DNA of 64,000 nt from Patescibacteria group bacterium (GTDB lineage Bacteria; Patescibacteriota; Patescibacteriia; Patescibacteriales; UBA12465). The translations under genes were made by a program, and so were the position numbers. This document shows positions 10,218 to 19,502 of the stretch, in pieces. The notes beneath the pieces are model-generated. The model saw only the letters and a list, made by a program, of their open reading frames with translations, did not search any database and was not told the DNA's origin. Within the stretch, counting starts at the first letter, position 1. Each line of letters begins with the position of its first letter. The stretch lies in assembly GCA_041651195.1 (NCBI GenBank), contig JBAZJR010000003.1:82441-146440 (forward strand). The letters run 5' to 3'.

Positions 10218-11015
10218 ATGAAATTTATCAGCGGAAAGAAATTGAGCATGACCCAGATCTGGTCGGGCGACAAGGTCGTAGCCGTGACCCCGGTTTTAGC
10301 CGGACCTTGCACGATTACCCAGGTTAAGGATAAGGCCAAAGACGGTTATACGGCGGTCCAGCTTTCTTATGGCGAACGCAAGCTTAAAAATATTAATAAG
10401 CCGCAACAGGGACATTTTAAGAAAGCGGGAATCGCGGCGGCGGCTTATGTGCGTGAATTTTTGACGCCGGAGGCCGCTAACTTTAAGATTGGCGACACTG
10501 TTTCTGCGGCTACTTTCCAGGTCGGCGACGTCGTTGCCGTGACCGGCACCTCCAAGGGCCGGGGTTTCCAGGGCGTAGTGAAGCGCCATCATTTCCATGG
10601 TTTTAGGGCGACGCACGGCAATAAGGACCAGGAACGCATGCCTGGTTCGATCGGCCCGAAAGGTCCGGCGCATGTTTTTAAAGGGACGCGCATGGGCGGC
10701 CGGATGGGCGGCGATAAAGTGACCGTGGCCAATTTAAAGATCGCGGCAGTTGACGCCGAAAAGAATATCCTATTTATCGCCGGCGCTATCCCGGGTGCGA
10801 TTAACAGTTTTGTGATGATCAAGGGTGCCGGTGATCTGCTGGTCAATCTGAAAGCGGAAAAGTCCGCGGTGGAAGCGCCGGAAGGAATAGTGGAAACAGC
10901 CGAGAAAGCCGAGGTGGCTGAGGCCGTCGAAGCAGTCGCGGCGGATAAGCCGACTGCGGCAGACGAGCCAGTAGCGGAAGTTCCGGCGGAAGTTCCAAGC
11001 GAAGCTAAGAATTAA
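10218..11015 (+). CDS. rplC: 50S ribosomal protein L3 (acidic C-terminal extension)
   Basis: GTSKGRGFQGVVKRH, RMPGSIG, GTRMGGRMG. Confidence 0.98.
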   Translation: MKFISGKKLSMTQIWSGDKVVAVTPVLAGPCTITQVKDKAKDGYTAVQLSYGERKLKNINKPQQGHFKKAGIAAAAYVREFLTPEAANFKIGDTVSAATFQVGDVVAVTGTSKGRGFQGVVKRHHFHGFRATHGNKDQERMPGSIGPKGPAHVFKGTRMGGRMGGDKVTVANLKIAAVDAEKNILFIAGAIPGAINSFVMIKGAGDLLVNLKAEKSAVEAPEGIVETAEKAEVAEAVEAVAADKPTAADEPVAEVPAEVPSEAKN

Positions 11016-11043
11016 ACACGCGTTATTACCGTTTGCAAAATAT

Positions 11044-11691
11044 ATGAAAATCAAAGTTTATAATCAGAACGCCGAACCGGTCAAAGACTTGGAACTGTCA
11101 GTTAAGATTTTTGGCGTCAAGCCGAATAACGAATTATTGCATCAGGCGGTCGTCGCCAGCCAAGCCAATGCCCGCCAGGTCTTGGCTGATACCAAAGATC
11201 GGAGCGAAGTCTCCGGCGGCGGGAAGAAACCGTGGAAACAGAAAGGCACCGGCCGGGCGCGCGTCGGCTCTAGCCGTTCGCCGCTGTGGAAAGGCGGCGG
11301 CGTGATTTTCGGTCCGACCAAAGACCGTAACTTCAAACAGAAGCTGAATCAGAAGATGAAGCAGAAGGCTCTGTTTATGGCTTTATCCGATAAGTTTGCG
11401 GCGCAAACTCTTGTTGTCTTGGATGAACTGAAATTTTCGGAATACAAAACCAAGCTTTTCAACCAGCTTTTGGGCGCGGTGGAAAAGAAAATTTTAAATA
11501 ATGATCGGCGCGATATCCTGGTCATCAATGACGGGAAGAGCGAGACCGTGCGTTATTCCGGCCGGAACCTGGCTGGCGTCAAGATTATCAATCTAGAAAA
11601 TCTGAATCTGCTCGATCTCCTTAATTATAAAAATTTATTGCTGACGGAAGCGGGTATCAAGACTCTGACCGACCGCTATAATAATAAATAA
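11044..11691 (+). CDS. rplD: 50S ribosomal protein L4
   Basis: RSEVSGGGKKPWKQKGTGRAR. Confidence 0.98.
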   Translation: MKIKVYNQNAEPVKDLELSVKIFGVKPNNELLHQAVVASQANARQVLADTKDRSEVSGGGKKPWKQKGTGRARVGSSRSPLWKGGGVIFGPTKDRNFKQKLNQKMKQKALFMALSDKFAAQTLVVLDELKFSEYKTKLFNQLLGAVEKKILNNDRRDILVINDGKSETVRYSGRNLAGVKIINLENLNLLDLLNYKNLLLTEAGIKTLTDRYNNK

Positions 11692-11703
11692 ACTCCAAGA
11701 TAT

Positions 11704-12162
11704 ATGGCTTTATTCGGCGCTAAAAAAACAGGGCAAGATAATAAAAAAACTACCGCTGTGGCTGCGGTCAAGAAAGAAGCAGCCAAACCGGCCGCGGCCA
11801 GCATGCAGGATCTGTATGCCGATACGGCGGTGGCGGCCAAAGCCGGAGCCGGCAAGGGAACGGCGAGCGCGCTCCAACCAGGTCTCCAGAAGATCCTCCT
11901 AAAACCGGTGATTACGGAAAAGGCGACTCGCCAGGTTGAAAAGAATAAATATTCTTTCCTCGTCGCGGCTTCGGCCAATAAGATTTCGGTCGCTAAGGCG
12001 GTGCGCGCCTTGTATGGCGTCAAGCCGCTTGATGTCAATATCCTGAACCGCCGCGGCAAGAAAGTCGCGCGTGGCCGGATCCAGGGACAGCGGAGCGCGA
12101 CGAAGATCGCGTTAGTCACTCTCGCTAAGGGTGAAACCATCAAGATTTACGAAGGCGTTTAA
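11704..12162 (+). CDS. rplW: 50S ribosomal protein L23 with N-terminal extension
   Basis: PVITEKAT, NKYSFLV, ANKISVAKAV; operon position. Confidence 0.93.
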   Translation: MALFGAKKTGQDNKKTTAVAAVKKEAAKPAAASMQDLYADTAVAAKAGAGKGTASALQPGLQKILLKPVITEKATRQVEKNKYSFLVAASANKISVAKAVRALYGVKPLDVNILNRRGKKVARGRIQGQRSATKIALVTLAKGETIKIYEGV

Positions 12163-12184
12163 TCAATAAATTTTCAAGGCATAT

Positions 12185-13021
12185 ATGGGCATTAAAAAAG
12201 TAAAAGCGAATACTCCCGGACGGCGCGAAGCCACTTTTGATACTTTCACCGACCTGACTAAATTTACGCCGGAGAAGAGATTGGTGGCCATCAAGAAGAG
12301 ACGGGGCGGCCGCAACGCGAGCGGCAAGATTACGGTCCGCCATCGCGGCGGCGGCGCTAAGCGCTATATTCGGTTAGTGGATTTCAAGCGTGATAAATAT
12401 AATGTGCCGGCGACGGTCGCGGCGATCGAATATGACCCGAATCGCGGCGCGCGTTTGGCTTTATTGCATTATGCCGACGGCGCGAAAAGATATATCATCG
12501 CTCCGTCCGATCTGACGATCGGCGAAAAGGTCATGAGCTCCCAGGAATTGATCGAAATCAAGAATGGCAACGCTCTGCCGTTGCAATTCATTCCGGCCGG
12601 CATGGCGGTCAGCTGCGTCGAGTTGGAACCGGGCCAGGGCGCGAAGATCGCGCGCGGTGCCGGTAACGTCGTTTATGTCATGGGCGTGGAAGGGAAATAC
12701 GCGCAGCTGAAGATGCCATCGGGCGAAATCCGCCAGGTAAAGAAAGAGTGCCTGTGCACGATCGGCCGGGCCAGCAACGCGGATCGCCGCCATATCTCCT
12801 TAGGCAAGGCCGGCCGTAACCGCCATTTAGGCATCCGTCCGACGGTGAGAGGCACGGCTATGAATCCGGTCGATCATCCGCACGGCGGCGGCGAAGGCAA
12901 CCAGCCGATCGGTCTGCGCCACCCGAAGACCCCGTGGGGCAAGCCGGCTCTGGGCGTCAAGACGCGGCGCAAGCGCCATAGCGATCGCCTGATAATTAAC
13001 CGTCGAACTAAGAGGAAATAA
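12185..13021 (+). CDS. rplB: 50S ribosomal protein L2
   Basis: IEYDPNR, RGTAMNPVDHPHGGGEG. Confidence 0.99.
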   Translation: MGIKKVKANTPGRREATFDTFTDLTKFTPEKRLVAIKKRRGGRNASGKITVRHRGGGAKRYIRLVDFKRDKYNVPATVAAIEYDPNRGARLALLHYADGAKRYIIAPSDLTIGEKVMSSQELIEIKNGNALPLQFIPAGMAVSCVELEPGQGAKIARGAGNVVYVMGVEGKYAQLKMPSGEIRQVKKECLCTIGRASNADRRHISLGKAGRNRHLGIRPTVRGTAMNPVDHPHGGGEGNQPIGLRHPKTPWGKPALGVKTRRKRHSDRLIINRRTKRK

Positions 13022-13030
13022 TAAACATAT

Positions 13031-13318
13031 ATGTCCAGAAGTCTAAAAAAGGGACCCTACGTCAATCTGCGGCTCCTGAATAAGATAAAAAAGCTGAAAG
13101 CGGGCGATAAGGCCGTCATCAAGGTCTGGGATCGCGCCTGCACGGTCACGCCGGAGATGGTCGGTTTCACCCTCGGCGTACATAACGGCAAGACCCATCT
13201 GCCCATCTATATCGTAGAGAATATGGTCGGCCATCGCTTAGGCGAATTTTCTCCGACCCGCAAGTTCCCGGGTCATGGCGGCAAGATGGCTAAATCGCAG
13301 GCCGCGGATAAGAAATAA
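13031..13318 (+). CDS. rpsS: 30S ribosomal protein S19
   Basis: [21 protein letters not shown]. Confidence 0.98.
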   Translation: MSRSLKKGPYVNLRLLNKIKKLKAGDKAVIKVWDRACTVTPEMVGFTLGVHNGKTHLPIYIVENMVGHRLGEFSPTRKFPGHGGKMAKSQAADKK

Positions 13319-13335
13319 TTTTTAATCATGATCAT

Positions 13336-13842
13336 ATGGAAGTGAAAGCCAGTTTAAAACATTTACGGATGTCGCCCCGGAAGATCCGGTTAGTGATCGA
13401 TGTCATCCGGAAGATGCCGGTCGCGACGGCCTTGGATCAATTGCGCTTTATCAATAAGTTAGCGGCGGAACCAGTCGCTAAGCTGATCAAGTCGGCGATT
13501 GCCAATGCGGAAAATACTTTCAGCTTGGAGCGCGCCAATCTCTATATCAAAGAGATCCGGTCTGATGAAGGCGTGATGCTGAAACGCTGGATGCCGCGCG
13601 CGCACGGCCGAGCAACTTCGCTCCGGAAACGCGGTTGCCACCTGTCCCTGGTCTTAGGCGAGATCAAGGCGAGCGGCCAGAAGGAGAAGAAGACGGTCAA
13701 AGTCGCGGATCCGGTCAAGCTGGAAAAGCTAGCCAAAGAAGGCGAAGCGGCCGTTGCTAAGACCGCCCTGAAAGCGGCCAAAGAAAAGGGTCGGAAAGCC
13801 GCCGGCGAAAAGACTAAGATGTTCAGGCGCAAGGCCGGTTAA
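13336..13842 (+). CDS. rplV: 50S ribosomal protein L22 (basic C-terminal extension)
   Basis: SPRKIRLV, SAIANAEN, LKRWMPRAHGRA. Confidence 0.97.
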   Translation: MEVKASLKHLRMSPRKIRLVIDVIRKMPVATALDQLRFINKLAAEPVAKLIKSAIANAENTFSLERANLYIKEIRSDEGVMLKRWMPRAHGRATSLRKRGCHLSLVLGEIKASGQKEKKTVKVADPVKLEKLAKEGEAAVAKTALKAAKEKGRKAAGEKTKMFRRKAG

Positions 13843-13869
13843 TATTAAATATTCGTAATTTTGAATACT

Positions 13870-14550
13870 ATGGGTAAAAAAGTTAATCCAAAAATCCTGC
13901 GCATGGGCATCACCAAGACTTGGCCGTCCTTATGGTTTGAAAAAGGCGATAAGTATGTGAAGAATATCCGCCAGGACATCGGCCTCCGGAAGTATATGAT
14001 CAAGGAATTCCGGGAAGCGGGCGTGGATAAGGTAGAAATCGTGCGCAGTATCAGCAAGGTGGAAATCAATATCGCGACGGCTAAACCGGGCCTCATCATC
14101 GGCCGCGGCGGCAATGGCGCCGAAGAATTAAAAAAGAAATTACACGATAAGTTTTTAAAAAATCTACGTTTAGGCGAAATTAGCCTGAATATCAAAGAGT
14201 GCAATCGGCCGAACCTGAGCGCCCAGATTACCGTGCAGGGGATGATCCTGGAGATCGAGAAGCGCATGCCTTTCCGGAAAGTGATGAAACAGACGCTCGG
14301 CAAGATCGAGCGGGCCGGCGCGCTCGGCGCCAAGATCGTGATTTCCGGACGCTTGAACGGCGCGGAAATCGCCCGGACCGAGAAATTGGTCTGGGGCAAG
14401 GTGCCGCTCGCTACTTTGCGCGCGGATATCGATTATGCCCGCGGCGCGGCGCAGACGACCTACGGTTCGATCGGAATCAAGGTTTGGATCTATAAGGGCG
14501 AAGTATTTTCCAAGGAAAAAGCGGCTAAAGGCGAAGTGATCGCCGAATAA
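13870..14550 (+). CDS. rpsC: 30S ribosomal protein S3
   Basis: MGKKVNPKILRMGI, SGRLNGAEIAR, LRADIDY; ATG at 13870 preferred. Confidence 0.98.
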   Translation: MGKKVNPKILRMGITKTWPSLWFEKGDKYVKNIRQDIGLRKYMIKEFREAGVDKVEIVRSISKVEINIATAKPGLIIGRGGNGAEELKKKLHDKFLKNLRLGEISLNIKECNRPNLSAQITVQGMILEIEKRMPFRKVMKQTLGKIERAGALGAKIVISGRLNGAEIARTEKLVWGKVPLATLRADIDYARGAAQTTYGSIGIKVWIYKGEVFSKEKAAKGEVIAE

Positions 14551-14570
14551 AATAAACATCGAGAAATTAT

Positions 14571-14978
14571 ATGTTAATGCCAAAGAAAACTAAATGGAGG
14601 AAGGACCAGAAGCGCCGCCGCGGCGGTAAAGCGAGCCGTAATCTGAATATCAGTTTCGGAAGCTTCGGCCTGAAGAGCTTGTCGGCCTGCTGGGTGACTT
14701 CCCGCCAGATTGAAGCGGCACGTCGCGTTATGACCCAATACGTCAAGAAAGGCGGCCAGATCTGGATCCGCATTTTCCCGGATAAGCCGGTTACGGCGCA
14801 TGGCGGCGAGATCCCGATGGGTAAAGGCAAAGGCGCGGTCGATTATTATGTCGCGGTTATCAAGCCGGGCATGGTCATGTTCGAGATGGAAGGTATTACT
14901 AAAGACACGGCCAAGAAAGCGATGGAGCTGGCCGCGTATAAGCTGCCGGTGAAATGCCAGTTTATCAGTAAAGAATAA
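14571..14978 (+). CDS. rplP: 50S ribosomal protein L16
   Basis: RQIEAARR, IWIRIFPDKP, MGKGKG. Confidence 0.98.
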   Translation: MLMPKKTKWRKDQKRRRGGKASRNLNISFGSFGLKSLSACWVTSRQIEAARRVMTQYVKKGGQIWIRIFPDKPVTAHGGEIPMGKGKGAVDYYVAVIKPGMVMFEMEGITKDTAKKAMELAAYKLPVKCQFISKE

Positions 14979-14984
14979 AATTAT

Positions 14985-15170
14985 ATGGATTTTAAAGAAT
15001 TAACAACCAAGGGCGCGGCCGATTTACAGAAATTATTGACGTCTTCCCGGGAAAGATTGCGGGAGCTGCGTTTCAAGGATTCTAATAAACAGCTCAAGAA
15101 TATCCGGGAGATCAGAGCGGCCAAGACTTTAGTGGCCCAGATTTTAACTTTGTTAAATAAGCAAAAATAA
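14985..15170 (+). CDS. rpmC: 50S ribosomal protein L29
   Basis: LRELRF...QLKNIREIR...AQILT; operon position. Confidence 0.93.
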   Translation: MDFKELTTKGAADLQKLLTSSRERLRELRFKDSNKQLKNIREIRAAKTLVAQILTLLNKQK

Positions 15171-15171
15171 T

Positions 15172-15456
15172 ATGGCCAGCAGCAAAGAGAAAAAACAAAA
15201 CGCCACGACCGTCGCCGCCCCCGCCGCCGTCATCAGCAAGAGATTCCAGGGCGTTGTCGTGAGCGATAAGAACGATAAGACTATCATCGTTAAGGTCGAA
15301 TCGGTCAAGAAGCATCCGAAATATCAAAAGCGTTATGTCGTCAGCCGGAAATATAAGGTCCATGACGAGGCTAACCAGTATCATGTCGGCGATCAGGTCG
15401 TCTTTATCGAATGCCGCCCGCTCAGCCGTGATAAGCGCTGGCGCGTTATAAAATAG
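15172..15456 (+). CDS. rpsQ: 30S ribosomal protein S17
   Basis: [31 protein letters not shown]. Confidence 0.97.
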   Translation: MASSKEKKQNATTVAAPAAVISKRFQGVVVSDKNDKTIIVKVESVKKHPKYQKRYVVSRKYKVHDEANQYHVGDQVVFIECRPLSRDKRWRVIK

Positions 15457-15478
15457 TCCGCGGATAATCAATAAATAT

Positions 15479-15853
15479 ATGGTGCAAGTACAAACTTATT
15501 TGAAGATTGCCGATAATTCCGGCGCGAAAGAAGCGCAATGTATCCGCGTTTTGGGCGGCTATAAGCGCCGCTACGGCCGTGTGGGCGATATCATCGTCGC
15601 GGCGGTCAAGTCCGCCGTACCGCATGCTGGCGTCAAGAAAGGCGACGTCGTTAAGGCTGTCATCGTCCGGACCAAGAAAGAGATCCGCCGGCCGGACGGT
15701 TCTTATGTGCGTTTTGATGATAACGCCGCCGTCATTATCGTCGATATCGAGAAGAAAGACCCGAAGGGCACCCGTATTTTCGGTCCGGTCGCCCGGGAAG
15801 TGCGGCGCGCCGGCTTTGTTAAGATCGCTTCTTTGGCGCCAGAAGTTTTATAA
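15479..15853 (+). CDS. rplN: 50S ribosomal protein L14
   Basis: [27 protein letters not shown]. Confidence 0.99.
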   Translation: MVQVQTYLKIADNSGAKEAQCIRVLGGYKRRYGRVGDIIVAAVKSAVPHAGVKKGDVVKAVIVRTKKEIRRPDGSYVRFDDNAAVIIVDIEKKDPKGTRIFGPVAREVRRAGFVKIASLAPEVL

Positions 15854-15925
15854 CGGACGCCGGCAAGAGAAAATTTGCTTTTCTAAGCCGGGGGATTCAT
15901 AGAGAATATAAATGACATAGACTAT

Positions 15926-16252
15926 ATGTATATCAAAAAGAACGACACCGTAAAAATATTAGCCGGCAAGGATAAGGGGAAGACCGGCAAGGTTTTGCAG
16001 ATCCTGCCCGAGGAAGGCCGTGCCAGCGTCGAGGGCTTGAATCTCCTGATCAAGCATCTTCGGCCGCGCAAGAGCGGGGAGAAGGGGCAACGGATCGAAT
16101 TCCCGTCTTTCGTGGATATTTCTAATCTTGCCTTAGTTTGCCCGAAGTGCGGCAAAACGACTCGGGCGGGAGCTAAGATCATCCCGTCATCGGCGGGCCA
16201 ACCGGCCAAGAAGTCGCGCGTCTGCAAGAAATGCCAGGAAGTAATTGAGTAA
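15926..16252 (+). CDS. rplX: 50S ribosomal protein L24 (CxxC..CxxC form)
   Basis: IKKNDTVKILAGKDKGKTGKV KOW motif. Confidence 0.97.
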   Translation: MYIKKNDTVKILAGKDKGKTGKVLQILPEEGRASVEGLNLLIKHLRPRKSGEKGQRIEFPSFVDISNLALVCPKCGKTTRAGAKIIPSSAGQPAKKSRVCKKCQEVIE

Positions 16253-16267
16253 AGACAAAATATCCAT

Positions 16268-16813
16268 ATGACATTAAAAGAAAAGTATAAAAAAGAAATC
16301 GTGCCGAAGATGGAAGAGAAATTCGGCTTTAAGAACGATATGCTCGTGCCTAGCCTGACTAAGGTCGTCTTAAACGTCGGTTTCGGCAGCCACCCGAAAG
16401 AAAAAGAATTTATGGCCAGCGTGGAGAAAGGCCTGATGAAGATTACCGGGCAGAAACCGGTCTTCACTAAGGCCAAGAAATCCATCTCCGCCTTCAAGAT
16501 CCGGGAAGGCTTGGTGATCGGCGCTAAAGTGACTTTACGGGGCCAGCGGATGTATGATTTTACCGATAAGCTGGTCAATATCACTTTCCCGCGCGTCCGC
16601 GATTTCCGCGGTATCAGCGAAAAGGCAGTCGATAATACCGGCAATTTGACCGTTGGCTTTAAAGATTATACGGCTTTTCCGGAAATCCGCTTAGAGGAAG
16701 TAGATAATAATTATGGCCTGGAAGTCTGCTTATCGACCAGCGCCCGGAACCGGGCAGAAGGCCTGGAACTTTTCCGTTTCCTAGGGTTCCCGTTTAAAAA
16801 AGACAGCAAATAA
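16268..16813 (+). CDS. rplE: 50S ribosomal protein L5
   Basis: ITGQKP, AKKSISAFKIREG, PRVRDFRG. Confidence 0.98.
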   Translation: MTLKEKYKKEIVPKMEEKFGFKNDMLVPSLTKVVLNVGFGSHPKEKEFMASVEKGLMKITGQKPVFTKAKKSISAFKIREGLVIGAKVTLRGQRMYDFTDKLVNITFPRVRDFRGISEKAVDNTGNLTVGFKDYTAFPEIRLEEVDNNYGLEVCLSTSARNRAEGLELFRFLGFPFKKDSK

Positions 16814-16824
16814 TTTAAATATAT

Positions 16825-17010
16825 ATGGCTAGAACTGCTTTAATCGTCAAAGCATCAAGAAAACCGAAATTTTCCACCCGGATCATCCACCGGTGTTGGC
16901 GCTGCGGCCGCAATCACGGCTATATGCGGGATTTTAAATTATGCCGTATCTGTTTCCGCGAACTCGCTGACAACGGGGACTTGCCGGGCATCCGGAAGTC
17001 CAGTTGGTAA
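16825..17010 (+). CDS. rpsN: 30S ribosomal protein S14, Zn-binding type Z
   Basis: 61 aa; RCWRCGR...[10 protein letters not shown]. Confidence 0.97.
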   Translation: MARTALIVKASRKPKFSTRIIHRCWRCGRNHGYMRDFKLCRICFRELADNGDLPGIRKSSW

Positions 17011-17036
17011 ACATATAATTAAACACCAAGAATAAT

Positions 17037-17447
17037 ATGATGGATCCCATCGCAGACATGTTCACAAGAATTAGAAACGCTTCCGCGGTCCGGAAGCCGG
17101 AGATCGTTTTGCCATTCAGCAAATTGAAATACGAAATCGCTAAGATTTTGGAAACGGAAGGCTGGGTGAAGAAAGTGGCAATCGTGGCCGGCGGGCTGAA
17201 AGGACGGCATAATAATTTTGACGAACTGCAAATTCAATTGAAATATCGGAAGAACGGCAAGCCGCAGATCGCCGAGATCAAGCGGATCAGCCGGCCGGGC
17301 TTGAAGATCTATGTCAGCAAGGACGAGATTCCGACAGTCTTGAATAATTTCGGGATCGCGATCATCTCCACATCCAAGGGCTTGATGACGAATCGGGAGG
17401 CGAAGAAGCAGCGGATCGGCGGCGAAGTCTTGGGAGAGATCTTTTAA
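17037..17447 (+). CDS. rpsH: 30S ribosomal protein S8
   Basis: DPIADMFTRIRNA, ISRPGLKIY, STSKGLMT, GGEVL. Confidence 0.98.
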   Translation: MMDPIADMFTRIRNASAVRKPEIVLPFSKLKYEIAKILETEGWVKKVAIVAGGLKGRHNNFDELQIQLKYRKNGKPQIAEIKRISRPGLKIYVSKDEIPTVLNNFGIAIISTSKGLMTNREAKKQRIGGEVLGEIF

Positions 17448-17468
17448 TCATCTTAAAGTATTACCAAT

Positions 17469-18014
17469 ATGTCACGTTTAGGAAAATTGCCAATCAAATT
17501 GACCCCGCCCGCCCAAGTCTCCATCAGCGACGTGGAAATGGTCTTTAAAGGGCCGAAAGGCGAATTGCGCGTTCCGCTTAATCCGCTGATTGCCGCGCGC
17601 GTAGAAAATAATGAATTGACTTTAGCCCCGAAAGATAAGGCGGCTAAAGCGGCGAGCGCGGTCTGGGGCCTGATGTGGAGCCTGGCTCGCAATGCCGCGG
17701 CCGGAGTGAGCACCGGCTTTGTCCGGAAGCTAGAAATCAACGGTGTCGGTTATCGGGCGGCCGTCGCTGGCGATAAGCTGAATATGAATCTCGGCTTTTC
17801 CCATCCAGTGGAATTCAAGCTGCCGAAAGGAGTGACCGCGAGCGTCGCGGCTAACGTCATCACTTTAGAAAGCGCGGATAAAGCGCTCTTAGGCGAAACC
17901 GCCGCGCAGATCCGGAAGATCCGTAAGCCGGAGCCGTATAAGGGGAAAGGCGTCAAATATGCGGAAGAAGTTATTAGGCGCAAGGCCGGTAAGTCGGCGG
18001 CGAAGGGTAAATAA
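17469..18014 (+). CDS. rplF: 50S ribosomal protein L6
   Basis: MSRLGKLPI, GVGYRA, RKPEPYKGKGV. Confidence 0.98.
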   Translation: MSRLGKLPIKLTPPAQVSISDVEMVFKGPKGELRVPLNPLIAARVENNELTLAPKDKAAKAASAVWGLMWSLARNAAAGVSTGFVRKLEINGVGYRAAVAGDKLNMNLGFSHPVEFKLPKGVTASVAANVITLESADKALLGETAAQIRKIRKPEPYKGKGVKYAEEVIRRKAGKSAAKGK

Positions 18015-18037
18015 TCGTTTATCAGCATTTTAATCAT

Positions 18038-18391
18038 ATGGATAAAATAACAGCCAAAAATTTGCGTCAGGAACGCCGCCACGGCCGCGTTCGCGCTAAA
18101 GTCTCCGGTACGGCGGCGCGTCCTCGTTTGAGCGTCTACCGTTCTAATACCGGCATGTTCCTGCAACTCATCGATGACGCGAGCGGCCAGACTTTGGCGA
18201 GCGCCACCTTGAAAGAAGTCAAGGCGGCTGAGAATCGGATCGCGACGAGCAAAGAGCTCGGCAAATTGATCGCTCAGAAAGCCGGTGCGAAAAAGATTAC
18301 GAAAGCCGTCTTTGACCGCGGTTTTTATAAATATCACGGACGCGTTAAAGCGGCGGCCGAAGGCGCGCGCGAGGGCGGTCTGGAATTTTAA
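18038..18391 (+). CDS. rplR: 50S ribosomal protein L18
   Basis: RPRLSVYRSN, FDRGFYKYHGRVKA. Confidence 0.98.
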   Translation: MDKITAKNLRQERRHGRVRAKVSGTAARPRLSVYRSNTGMFLQLIDDASGQTLASATLKEVKAAENRIATSKELGKLIAQKAGAKKITKAVFDRGFYKYHGRVKAAAEGAREGGLEF

Positions 18392-18428
18392 TTAAGCGAT
18401 CACTTTTGCTAAAAGCAACATATATCAT

Positions 18429-19079
18429 ATGGAAGACAAAAAAATAAAAACCGAAGATAAGGCTAAAGATATTTCCCAAGGGGCGGCGAAGACGGTCGCG
18501 CAGGATGTCTATGGCGCTCCGAAGCGCGGCGGACAGGGCGGACGCGACAGCGGCCGTGGCCGAGGCGGCAAAGGCTTTAATCGCGGCGAACGCCCGAAGG
18601 AAGAGATCGAACAGCGGATCCTGGAGGTCGCGCGGGTGACGCGCGTTATGGCGGGCGGCAAGAGGATGAATTTCCGAGCTTGCGTGGCGATCGGCGATCG
18701 GAAGGGGAATGTCGGCGTCGGCTTAGGCAAAGGCGCGGATGTGACCATGGCCGTCAATAAAGCGGTTAATCGGGCCAAGAAGAGCATGGTCAATGTTCCG
18801 ATGGTCAATGAGACTATCCCGCACGCAGTGGCTCATAAGATGGGCGCGGCGCGCTTGATATTGAAGCCGGCCAAGAAAGGCCGCGGCGTCATCGCCGGCG
18901 GGGTGACGCGGGCGATTTTAGAATTAGCCGGCGTCAGCAATATCACCAGCAAGACCTTGGGTTCCAAGAATAAGATCAATAACGCCCGTTGTACTTTGGA
19001 GGCTCTGGCCAGCCTGCGCCGGGGAGAAGGGAAAGAAGCGGTTCAGGCCGATAAGAAAGAAGCTAACAAGGAAAAATAA
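18429..19079 (+). CDS. rpsE: 30S ribosomal protein S5 (N-terminal extension)
   Basis: RVTRVMAGGKRMNF, GRGVIAGG, LELAGV. Confidence 0.98.
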   Translation: MEDKKIKTEDKAKDISQGAAKTVAQDVYGAPKRGGQGGRDSGRGRGGKGFNRGERPKEEIEQRILEVARVTRVMAGGKRMNFRACVAIGDRKGNVGVGLGKGADVTMAVNKAVNRAKKSMVNVPMVNETIPHAVAHKMGAARLILKPAKKGRGVIAGGVTRAILELAGVSNITSKTLGSKNKINNARCTLEALASLRRGEGKEAVQADKKEANKEK

Positions 19080-19084
19080 AATAT

Positions 19085-19498
19085 ATGTTATCACTTAATA
19101 CCATAACCCAGGCCAAGGGGCGCGCTAAGAAAAATAAACGGGTCGGCCGCGGCAACGCTTCCGGCCACGGCACTTATAGCACGCGCGGTTTGAAGGGCCA
19201 GAAATCCCGGTCCGGCGTCTCCGGCCTGAAACGTTTGGGCTTAAAAAAACAATTGCTGCAGATTCCTAAATCGCGCGGCTTCAAATCTTTGAATCCGAAG
19301 AATCAGGTCGTCTCGGTCAAGGCGATCAATAATAATTTTAAAGATGGCGAGACGGTCAGCCCGGATTCTTTGATGGCCAAGCGGCTGGTCTCTTCCGCCG
19401 CCAAGCCGATCAAGATTCTGGGTAAAGAAAAATTGACCGTTAAGGCCAAATTTGAGAAGATTAAGATGAGCGCGAGCCTGACCCAACAGTTAAATTAA
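19085..19498 (+). CDS. rplO: 50S ribosomal protein L15
   Basis: KRVGRGNASGHGTYSTRGLKGQKSRSG. Confidence 0.97.
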   Translation: MLSLNTITQAKGRAKKNKRVGRGNASGHGTYSTRGLKGQKSRSGVSGLKRLGLKKQLLQIPKSRGFKSLNPKNQVVSVKAINNNFKDGETVSPDSLMAKRLVSSAAKPIKILGKEKLTVKAKFEKIKMSASLTQQLN

Positions 19499-19502
19499 TT
19501 TT

